Virus record (IMG/VR): IMGVR_UViG_3300045988_098585
Direction: 5' to 3' (one strand)
DNA: 64,000 nt
Source: a virus
The translations under genes were made by a program, and so were the position numbers. The notes beneath the pieces were generated by a model. That model had not been told where the DNA came from. It worked only from the letters and a program-made list of their open reading frames with translations, and searched no databases. Below are positions 24,150 to 32,526 of this stretch, piece after piece (position 1 is the stretch's first letter; every line of letters begins with the position of its first letter).

Positions 24150-25865
24150 CTATGTCGCTAACAATCCGTTATACACGAAGCGAGACCAGTTCGTGCCATT
24201 ATTGTCTCGACCATCAATAGGTATGTTTTTAAACTCTACGTTCTGATTACACCATTGCTTAGTTATGGCTACCTTGGAGAAGTATGCCATCTTGTCAATA
24301 CTGATAAGTATATCTCCCTTATAGCGTTGAGTAGAAAATGTAGCGATACGCACAAACATCAGCTTGCTATTATCATTTCCGCTTGCCTCCCAGTCATCGT
24401 AAGTCCACTGCTTATTGGTGTCATCAATGAGCCAAATACCACTCTCGTAAGGACGGTAGACGAAGTTGAAACGATAACTATCTGCAATAGCAGTTCTTGC
24501 GATAGAGTAGCGGTCGTACTGCTCATACATACCGTCTATCTTGTCAACGCTTACTGTGTAAGATGTACCATTCTTGATCTCAACGACAGCCTTACCTTCG
24601 GCATCCATGACGTATTCGGTCTTTTTACCCGATATGGTGACATACGCCTTGCCGCCTTCCCATGGAGTGACGTTCCCGCTTTCGTCAGCCTTAGACATTT
24701 TGATGGTTAACCGCTCCATCTTTTCGGTTTCAGCGATATAGTTTGCATCAATAATCCTGTTACCTACGCTTGCTACATGCTGCACAGGGTCTATGATGTT
24801 ACACTTTGGGACGTATGGGAACACAACTTTATAGGTTGCACCCTTGGTGATAGTAAACTCAGCCTGACCGTTTACGTCTGTAGTGTACTGATGAGGGTCT
24901 AAGCCATTGTTAACATAAACGTTAATAACCAATCCCTCCATGCTTACGCCTTCCAAAGTGGTAGTACAGTTCACCGTCACATGCTCGTCAGTATCGGTAA
25001 GATTTACTGATTTTACCTCTCCGTTGCGGTTCGTTACTTTCAATACATTTCCCTTCAGTTCTGCGTTGACCATCTCTGCGCCTAATGTTGCAGTCTCTGC
25101 TGCTTTGATGGCGGTGTCAAAATCGCTCTTACGCTTTGTTTCTGCGTCCACACGGGTTTTCTCAGCTTTCACTCTCTCACCTTCTGCGGCAACTCTGTCT
25201 GCCTCTGCTTGCTTACGAGTTACTTCTGCTTTGACACGACTATTTTCAGCATCAACCCTCGCAGCTTCTGCCGACGCACGTCCTTCTTCGGCTTTTGTCC
25301 TACTACCTTCAGCAGACACCCTTGCCTCCTCAGCAGACACACGTCCTTGTTCGGCAGTCCCCCTCAGAGTCTCGGCTTCCTTTCTCGCTTCCTCGTTAGT
25401 ATTGAGGGTATCGTTTGTCTCCTTGTTGTTTTTCATAGCCTCGTTAGCCTTGCTGATGAGGTCAGACAGCTCCACGGTAGGAGGGAGGATAACCATAGCG
25501 GTATCCATCTCCACGCTGTTGTCGCCCTCATCGGTCTCTCCAAACTCGGTGTCAGCATCGGCATTGTTTGACACGATGGCAAACTGAGGGTATTCGTTGC
25601 TCCGCCAGTCGTTGCCGAATATCTTACCCTTCACCTCGATGGCATACGTACCGAGGCTCATCTTATCACCATCTACTCTCGCAAGGAGTACATTATCCTC
25701 CTTTACATCAATCTCAAACGCAAGAGGGATGCGTTTGAACTGATTGCATACCTGCACCACTACATCGGTACAGGCTGGCAAGGGGAAAGCCTTCGCTTGC
25801 CCCTCCACCATCTTCATCACTGGTATCTTCAGTGTGAAGTCGTTACCTTTAACGATTTTCTTCAT
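24150..25865 (-). CDS. tail fibre / receptor-binding protein
   Basis: 571 aa. Contains 12 AExxRxx heptads followed by two beta-sandwich-like segments (..VNVYVNNGLDPHQYTTDVNGQAEFTI.., ..AYVTISGKKTEYVMDAEGKAVVEI..). Confidence 0.7.
   Translation of the reverse strand: MKKIVKGNDFTLKIPVMKMVEGQAKAFPLPACTDVVVQVCNQFKRIPLAFEIDVKEDNVLLARVDGDKMSLGTYAIEVKGKIFGNDWRSNEYPQFAIVSNNADADTEFGETDEGDNSVEMDTAMVILPPTVELSDLISKANEAMKNNKETNDTLNTNEEARKEAETLRGTAEQGRVSAEEARVSAEGSRTKAEEGRASAEAARVDAENSRVKAEVTRKQAEADRVAAEGERVKAEKTRVDAETKRKSDFDTAIKAAETATLGAEMVNAELKGNVLKVTNRNGEVKSVNLTDTDEHVTVNCTTTLEGVSMEGLVINVYVNNGLDPHQYTTDVNGQAEFTITKGATYKVVFPYVPKCNIIDPVQHVASVGNRIIDANYIAETEKMERLTIKMSKADESGNVTPWEGGKAYVTISGKKTEYVMDAEGKAVVEIKNGTSYTVSVDKIDGMYEQYDRYSIARTAIADSYRFNFVYRPYESGIWLIDDTNKQWTYDDWEASGNDNSKLMFVRIATFSTQRYKGDILISIDKMAYFSKVAITKQWCNQNVEFKNIPIDGRDNNGTNWSRFVYNGLLAT
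25125..25376 (-). repeat. 12 consecutive AExxRxx heptads (coding)
   Basis: AETLRGT AEQGRVS AEEARVS AEGSRTK AEEGRAS AEAARVD AENSRVK AEVTRKQ AEADRVA AEGERVK AEKTRVD AETKRKS (aa 164-247). Confidence 0.9.
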
Positions 25866-25877
25866 ATAGCTATAAAA

Positions 25878-26423
25878 TTAAATTGTTAATCGTACTTTTT
25901 CTGGATAACCTGCCGTAATATCATAGGCTATCAATGCGTCTATCGTCTGTAGCTCCACAACCTTGTCAAGATGGGTCTGCGTAACATTGTAGCAGTCTTT
26001 GGCGTAGACTTCTATCTTACTGATGAGGTCTTGAGCTGTGTCAATAGGCAGGGTATAACACTCGCCGTCGAGCCACAGGGTCGTTTCCGTTCTCCCCATT
26101 CGCATAAGTCGCTCATTGCCCTGATATACCCTATCTCTTGTCTCGAAATCGAGCCAGTGAGCCTTGTCGTTGAGATAAAACGTATTCACCTCTGCGCTCT
26201 TATCGTACTCCGTTATCTGCTCGATGCACTTGTTTCTCAGAGCCTCTGTCAGCTGTTCATCAGTAGGCTCGGCATCGGTATTCATGCCGAGCAGCACGCA
26301 GTCGTATAGATACTCACCGTCTTCTGTCTTGCGTTCGTTCATAGCAAGACGCACCTCATTATTTTTCCATGTCGCAACCTTCGTTTCCAAAGGCGTAGCA
26401 TACAATTCCTTATATGTTATCAT
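25878..26423 (-). CDS. fibre-associated protein, DUF4376-like; paralogue of 23194-23781
   Basis: 181 aa, immediately downstream of the giant fibre gene. See the paralogy noted above. Confidence 0.6.
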   Translation of the reverse strand: MITYKELYATPLETKVATWKNNEVRLAMNERKTEDGEYLYDCVLLGMNTDAEPTDEQLTEALRNKCIEQITEYDKSAEVNTFYLNDKAHWLDFETRDRVYQGNERLMRMGRTETTLWLDGECYTLPIDTAQDLISKIEVYAKDCYNVTQTHLDKVVELQTIDALIAYDITAGYPEKVRLTI

Positions 26424-26429
26424 ATCCGC

Positions 26430-29400
26430 TTAGTAATTATTATTGTTGCTCATTATTCCTGCGTCAAGATTACCGAAAGTGGTTTCCGTCTGTATTGAAT
26501 AGATTTTTTCGTGAAATCCGGGTGCCATGTACGTTGCGCTAAAGGAAGCTATCTGTACATAGAAGGATGGCCTTGTCACAAACTGCCCCTTCTTGATGGC
26601 AGGCACCAGTTTTGTGTTGTCGTAGACCGTGGCATCCCCAGTAAGGAATACGCCATCCGCAAGATTTGTCAGCGCACCATTCTTCACCATTGTGCGGCTC
26701 GTAAACGTCCTTCCGTCGGCTGCACTTGCGAGTTCGTAGGTACTCAATCCGTTGGCCGAGTCGGCTACTATCTTTCCGTTCACTCTTGGTGCTGAGTAAC
26801 GATACAGGGTTGTCGTTTTACCCGTCGCACCCTTAACGAAAAGAATGTAGTTGTTGTCCTTCGTTGCCGTGTACCACGACTTCGTTGTGTCAACCCACGG
26901 CAGGTCTACATTCTCTCCGAGCGGAGTCGTCAGTCCTGCGTCCTCTGCTTTGATATATTGCGCAGAAGTTATCTTCGCGTCGGTCTTGCTTAGCGAGGCG
27001 ATACCAGCAGGGCCGAGGTCGTAGAGAAAGTTTCCGTTGTCGTCGTAGTACGACAGCACGGCCTGTCCCGAACTGTTCAGACCAAAGCGGATGTTTGCAG
27101 TTCCTGCCTTGCCGTAGATATTGATAAGGCCATCGGCTATCCTCACCATCTGTCCGTTGAGTCCTTGCGATGTAAGCATCTGCGCCAGTATCAGAGCCGC
27201 ATTGATGGCTCCGTCTGTAAAGAGCGCGGCTGTCGTAGTCTGACCTGTAGAGAGCGTGTTCTCCACCTTGATTTTCTCGCCATACAGAGTTACTCCGCTC
27301 GACGTAATCTCAAGTCCTGCCGCCTTGGCCGTGGCTCTGTCTATGAGGTCGGTCTTCCGTTCTGTATAATCAGTAAGTTGTGCGCCTTCCTCCAACTTCG
27401 GCTTTGTCACCCAAGCTTCAGTATCGCCTGGAACACGTATCAGCACCTTGTCTGGAATTACCTCTGCTCCCTCGCCAGTATAGTCCTCTATTCGCCAATG
27501 CACCCAGTACCGCTTATAGGTCGAGGTGAGTGCGAGCTGTACGAATCCGTCAGCCCAGCCGACCGGATATACGTTTCCTTCGCAGGTTTCTGTAAATACG
27601 TTTGCATGAACGCTGTCTCCATAGAGAAAAACGTTGATGTTCCCGCTGCCCTTGGCAACGAAGGAGAACACATAGTCCTGATTCTTTACTATTCTCGCCT
27701 GCCCAGAAAGGGTAGCTGTTGTTGGAAATTTATATTGCAAGGCTTCTGTGTACAGAGACTCTGCCGAGTTATTTTTGTTGTACAATATACCGTAGCAGCC
27801 TTCGTATTTACCAAACAAAATCAGTCCGCTGGCAAACTGAAGATTGCTGTTGTCAGACGATCTGGTCAGTGCCATCGTATCATCCAAAAGGTTTCCTCCC
27901 ACATAGTCGTAGTCCGTTTCCGCAGGAGTCCAGCCTGTGTACTCGCTTCCTTCCTCCAACATCGGCATACATATCCATCCGTTACCAGAGGCAGTATAAC
28001 CAAATGTTCCGTCCACGGTTATGCCATTGTAGACAAAGATATTCACCTCGATAAACTCTGCGTCGCCCGTATTGAAGGTGTAGTTCACCTGCCTCCACTG
28101 GTTCACCTCTTCCTCCTTCGTCAGCCAATCCATTTTACCCGAGGTGGCAGTAATTCTGTCCCCTCTACCACTATTCAGCGCAGCCATCTTGAAAACCTCT
28201 GAATGAACCTGTAAGTCCTTCGTGTCGCACTTTATCCATGCCGAGAAAGTGTAGTCGGTGTTCTTCTTCACAGCGATGCCGTTGACGTGCTGTCCCCAGA
28301 AAAGTCCATTATACTGATGCTTTCCGTTACCAGTCACCGAGAAGCGGATGGCATTATGGCCGTTCACGCCCTGTGTTATCGTAGGCTGGAAGAGGCCGTC
28401 CGAATAATATATATCACCCTTCCTCGTCAGTGCCGTATCTCGCAGTAGGTTATGCCGTCCTTGCTGGCTCTGAGTAACACTGAGAGTAATCTCCTTAGCT
28501 GTCTGCTTGATAGTAGATGTGTAGGCGTTGAGAACGGTAGGATTACTTCCTTTCAGGTCTTTCTCCAGTGCCTCAAACTTCGACTGGTACTGCTTGGCCG
28601 TAGCCTTTACACTGCCCATGTACTTTGTCACATTCACAGAGAATGGAACCTGTGTACTGTAGCTCTTCCCTCCGAGAGAGAATGCGATTGTGATAAATCC
28701 CTCGCTCACCGACACCTTGTCTCCGCTCGCCAGAGTGGTAGTGTTCACAGAATTGAGCTTCACCTTTATGTATCCTGTAGCCAAACTTGCCGCAGCCGTA
28801 CAGTTCTGCATATAGCTCACCTTTACGTCTGAGCACTCGTTAGTAACATTCTCGCCACCTCTCATCACCTTTACTCGTCCTTCTGCCGTGGTGTCCGACA
28901 CGATGCCGTCATCGTTAGTGTCGAGCACGATGGGCTGTACGAGAAGTATGCTCACTCCGTCATTTCCGTCTGCTCCAGGCTTTCCTTGCTCTCCTTTCTC
29001 GCCCTGCGGTCCTTGTGCGCCCGTTTCGCCCTGCGCACCTGTTTCTCCTTTAGGCCCTTGTGGTCCTTCGTCACCTCTGTCTCCCTTGTCTCCTTTCTCA
29101 CCTTTTTCTCCCGACAGCACCTTCTGCCAGTCACTGCTTGCGTCCGAAGGCTCTTGGCTTGTTCCGTTCTCATTGATACAAGTCCACAGGGCGTTGTCAT
29201 GGTTCACTTGGTCGTAGTAGGCATAGCTTCCTGCCTTCCACTCGCCTCTGTAGTTCACCATGTGTATGGTGTCACCGCTTGGAGATACCCATTCAAACAG
29301 ATTGCTGTAGAATCTCGACCCGTCAGGTGAAATGACGAACACTTCCTTTCCGTTGTGTGTGTATCTGTTCACACCATTGAAGCCCACAATCCTCGGTGTG

Positions 29401-32081
29401 TTCTCTCCTGTACTCTCCAGTATCAGTACACCTTGCCTTGTCGTGTCACTCCTTGAACCATCAAGCACAATAGTATCTCCTTCTTCAGGAATACCACCTA
29501 TCTCTGCCGTTGCAAACTCCTCAGTCATCGAGTCTAACGACAAAGAGTGCTTGCCGATTACAATCCACGAGAACATCTGCCCGCCATACAGCTCGTTGCC
29601 ATATTCGTCATATATCTTCTCGTTCACACTCGATACGCCGTGCTCAGGGATTGTTCTCCAGTAGCTCTTGTTGCTTGTGTTCATGGTTCCTGCGGTCAAC
29701 CTTCCGATAGTCTTGCACCTAACTTGGTCGCCCTCTCTCCACAGGTTCTGCGTAGCCGTAGTTCCGTCGTCAGCAAGAAGATAACAGAGCCAGCCTTCAC
29801 ACTTATCTACTACAGAAGTCTTATGCCATTCGCTATCTTCATTATCCCATATTACAGGCACAACCTTCACTATCTTGCTTCCTGCGCCCGACAGATACAC
29901 ATTACCGCCTGCATACGACAGTTTTCTTACCTCCAGTTGATTAAAGATAGCCTTTCCCCAAATGGTAAGATTGGTGATAAAGGCATGATACTTGCCGTTC
30001 TTCTCCTTCTCAACAGAAAAGCCTTGTTCAGCCGCATTGTCGTAATCGAAAGACTTGATGGCATTAAACACCGCATCGCCCAACTCCGTAATCATAGCAT
30101 TGTTGCCAAACTTCGCTCCCATCATCAAATCAGCAAGACCTTTGGCAATAAGACCTTTCGCAAATGTGATTAATCCCTGCGCAGTGTCGTTGTATTGCTT
30201 TGACAGAAAATATCTTGTGCCGTACTTTGCAATTATATTGCTAAGTTGTGATGTTGTATATCCTCCATTATTAGAAGCTGAGCCTGATGCGATAATAGAA
30301 TCAACTTTTTCTTTAAGCTGAGTTGTTGAACCTTTAACAGCTTCGTTTCCTATAGTGATTACTTGCTCAAAGTTATAATCAATATTGGTTGACAACTTTA
30401 ACACTCTTGTTGTTAACAGATATCCATTTCCATCATTATAGGTAACCTTTTGCCCTATTTGTAGACAGGGATTATCTTTTTCAAAGACCTGTGGATAAGA
30501 CTTTAGGCTATAATTATTCAAATCAGATTTAAGACGCTGAATCTCCTTTATAGCCTCGTCAAAAAGTCGCTTTTGAGCATCTTTAGTGTATATGCTTTCA
30601 GCCATTGCAATATTATATAGAACAGTAATATTGCACTTATATGTTGGCTTACTTTCTCCTCGTGGAATTATCATTTCACTCTCATTCGTAGGTATTATAA
30701 GATTATTATCCTCCTGATAGATAATCTCATAATCACCAGTTAAAACCGAAAAATTACCACCACTCACATCATCGGAGGCGTGAGAAGAAGAAGCTTCTTT
30801 ATGATAAGAAAGTTCAAATCCTACATAATCACCATTCGTTCCACGTCCAGCGAGTGGGGTAGAGAGTGCGTCTTTATTAAAGTTCGCTTCAAAAGAGCAC
30901 GACAAATTTTTCCCATTAATAAGCAGTTTATCCGTAACCTCGAAATCATACCAATAATGCACAACGCCATCATCATTTGTTGTGTTAACTATTGCTTTTC
31001 CTTCGATTCTTTCTGTAGTCGGATAAGCAAGACGAATATACCACACAGTGAACGTCTTGTAAGTTGCCACAGAACCATCACTATTATATGTTAAAGGTAT
31101 CTTCTTTTGGGTTTCCGAGTCAATTACATACTTTTCTCGCCCTCGTACATTATAAACATACGTATTAAGAGATGGGTATATCTGAGAAAACTCAAGAACT
31201 TTAGTAAAAAGCGGTTCTTTTTTATCTTTTCTAATATCTATAGTAGAGAATTTATCTATAGTATAAGGTAACTTTTCTCCGTCAATATCAAGCGTTCCCA
31301 TAGAAGGAGCTAATTGTAGACGGATATCTGACGAAGCTATATTCTCCCCTTTGTTATTTACTTGTGTAATGTTTCTTGTACCACCGAACACAGCGAAGGA
31401 GTTATAGTAATTTTCCTTGCTATTATTTACCGAAGGAATACCTACATTTTTACCTACTTCAAGCGTTATATCTCCATCATCAATACACGTCTTGCATATA
31501 TAGATAATCTCATTATCGTAATCTATATGCCATTCACAATTATTGCCAATAGCGTTACAGATAGCCGTAAGTGCAGATATGAAATCGTTATTGTCAAAAG
31601 ATACATTAACCACATTCGCATTTGTTGTGTCATACACAACATTCCATCCTGCTGTACCAAAGGCAATCTCATTATTCAGAAAATCTTTCAACTTATTCGC
31701 AATTGTATTCACCGTTCCCACAAACGACCATTCATGTTGTTTTATTTCTTCATTTTGCGAGTTGCGTGTGCGAATATAGAAAGGAATTTTTGATAAAATC
31801 ATCTTTGGATGATGAAACTCTGGCGTATATTTCCAAGCCATTTCGTTGCTCTGCGTAGGCTCGTATGATTCCAAGAGAAGAAACTGACGAGTAACTTCTC
31901 TAACTTTATCAATTTTGTATGTATGCACAATGTATGCTCCAACAGGCAGGACAACCTTTTCGGCACTATTCCATGAGAGGGAGATATAGTCTGATTTAGA
32001 TAATTCCTCCTCCCTAATAGCCGAATTGGTTATCTCTGCTTGCATAAGCACCCTTCCGTTCACATCATAGATATTAATCAT
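26430..32081 (-). CDS. giant tail tip/fibre protein (Tal-like N-terminus, collagen-like stalk, C-terminal binding modules)
   Basis: 1883 aa, directly after the TMP and the Dit-position gene. It contains 17 G-X-Y triplets. Base composition changes sharply inside the gene near 30.1-30.25 kb. Confidence 0.75.
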   Translation of the reverse strand: MINIYDVNGRVLMQAEITNSAIREEELSKSDYISLSWNSAEKVVLPVGAYIVHTYKIDKVREVTRQFLLLESYEPTQSNEMAWKYTPEFHHPKMILSKIPFYIRTRNSQNEEIKQHEWSFVGTVNTIANKLKDFLNNEIAFGTAGWNVVYDTTNANVVNVSFDNNDFISALTAICNAIGNNCEWHIDYDNEIIYICKTCIDDGDITLEVGKNVGIPSVNNSKENYYNSFAVFGGTRNITQVNNKGENIASSDIRLQLAPSMGTLDIDGEKLPYTIDKFSTIDIRKDKKEPLFTKVLEFSQIYPSLNTYVYNVRGREKYVIDSETQKKIPLTYNSDGSVATYKTFTVWYIRLAYPTTERIEGKAIVNTTNDDGVVHYWYDFEVTDKLLINGKNLSCSFEANFNKDALSTPLAGRGTNGDYVGFELSYHKEASSSHASDDVSGGNFSVLTGDYEIIYQEDNNLIIPTNESEMIIPRGESKPTYKCNITVLYNIAMAESIYTKDAQKRLFDEAIKEIQRLKSDLNNYSLKSYPQVFEKDNPCLQIGQKVTYNDGNGYLLTTRVLKLSTNIDYNFEQVITIGNEAVKGSTTQLKEKVDSIIASGSASNNGGYTTSQLSNIIAKYGTRYFLSKQYNDTAQGLITFAKGLIAKGLADLMMGAKFGNNAMITELGDAVFNAIKSFDYDNAAEQGFSVEKEKNGKYHAFITNLTIWGKAIFNQLEVRKLSYAGGNVYLSGAGSKIVKVVPVIWDNEDSEWHKTSVVDKCEGWLCYLLADDGTTATQNLWREGDQVRCKTIGRLTAGTMNTSNKSYWRTIPEHGVSSVNEKIYDEYGNELYGGQMFSWIVIGKHSLSLDSMTEEFATAEIGGIPEEGDTIVLDGSRSDTTRQGVLILESTGENTPRIVGFNGVNRYTHNGKEVFVISPDGSRFYSNLFEWVSPSGDTIHMVNYRGEWKAGSYAYYDQVNHDNALWTCINENGTSQEPSDASSDWQKVLSGEKGEKGDKGDRGDEGPQGPKGETGAQGETGAQGPQGEKGEQGKPGADGNDGVSILLVQPIVLDTNDDGIVSDTTAEGRVKVMRGGENVTNECSDVKVSYMQNCTAAASLATGYIKVKLNSVNTTTLASGDKVSVSEGFITIAFSLGGKSYSTQVPFSVNVTKYMGSVKATAKQYQSKFEALEKDLKGSNPTVLNAYTSTIKQTAKEITLSVTQSQQGRHNLLRDTALTRKGDIYYSDGLFQPTITQGVNGHNAIRFSVTGNGKHQYNGLFWGQHVNGIAVKKNTDYTFSAWIKCDTKDLQVHSEVFKMAALNSGRGDRITATSGKMDWLTKEEEVNQWRQVNYTFNTGDAEFIEVNIFVYNGITVDGTFGYTASGNGWICMPMLEEGSEYTGWTPAETDYDYVGGNLLDDTMALTRSSDNSNLQFASGLILFGKYEGCYGILYNKNNSAESLYTEALQYKFPTTATLSGQARIVKNQDYVFSFVAKGSGNINVFLYGDSVHANVFTETCEGNVYPVGWADGFVQLALTSTYKRYWVHWRIEDYTGEGAEVIPDKVLIRVPGDTEAWVTKPKLEEGAQLTDYTERKTDLIDRATAKAAGLEITSSGVTLYGEKIKVENTLSTGQTTTAALFTDGAINAALILAQMLTSQGLNGQMVRIADGLINIYGKAGTANIRFGLNSSGQAVLSYYDDNGNFLYDLGPAGIASLSKTDAKITSAQYIKAEDAGLTTPLGENVDLPWVDTTKSWYTATKDNNYILFVKGATGKTTTLYRYSAPRVNGKIVADSANGLSTYELASAADGRTFTSRTMVKNGALTNLADGVFLTGDATVYDNTKLVPAIKKGQFVTRPSFYVQIASFSATYMAPGFHEKIYSIQTETTFGNLDAGIMSNNNNY
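28956..29111 (-). repeat. collagen-like G-X-Y run (coding, 17 triplets)
   Basis: GEKGEKGDKGDRGDEGPQGPKGETGAQGETGAQGPQGEKGEQGKPGADGNDG. Confidence 0.9.
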
Positions 32082-32524
32082 AATTTTTCTCTATCGTTAG
32101 GATTATACTCTGTTAATTTGAGGACAAATTTACCTTTTTTTAGCCCATAATCACCAAACTGCGAACATTGCGTATAAACAAGCTTAAAAACCCTCTTTAA
32201 TCGAGGAACTTTTAGACAAAACTCTCCAGAATAAGCTATCTTGTTAAGGAAAGCTTCATATTTTTGCAGATAATCCTCTTCCGAATTTCCTTCAAGAAAG
32301 AAAGAGATACTTACGTCACGCTTATCTTTCTTTGCATATTTCGGTGCTGCGATAACCGATTGTCCGTGTTCTAATCGACTATCATTTGTTACATAACCTT
32401 TTACTGGGGCAGGGGTTAACAAGGCTTCTCGCCAACCCCTTACCAATGTAATACCGAAAGTATCAAGGTCAATATAAGCTGAATCCGCTTCATCGACCAA
32501 TTTAATAAATGCATTATTCTTCAT
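32078..32524 (-). CDS. distal tail protein (by position)
   Basis: 148 aa between the TMP and the Tal-like gene, with ATGA overlap downstream. Confidence 0.4.
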   Translation of the reverse strand: MKNNAFIKLVDEADSAYIDLDTFGITLVRGWREALLTPAPVKGYVTNDSRLEHGQSVIAAPKYAKKDKRDVSISFFLEGNSEEDYLQKYEAFLNKIAYSGEFCLKVPRLKRVFKLVYTQCSQFGDYGLKKGKFVLKLTEYNPNDREKL

Positions 32525-32526
32525 TT

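Noticed and set aside
27165-28202. 345-aa plus-strand ORF, and similar ones at 24940-25587, 29547-30173, 28888-29217 and 33770-34093, lying inside the big minus-strand tail genes.
   Set aside because: They are entirely antisense to long, well-supported structural genes in the G+C-richer block. Their products are low-complexity S/L/R/C-rich strings with no motifs. These are typical shadow ORFs.
26430-32081. Diversity-generating retroelement targeting the fibre C-terminus.
   Set aside because: No reverse transcriptase ORF and no template/variable repeat pair are visible in the window.
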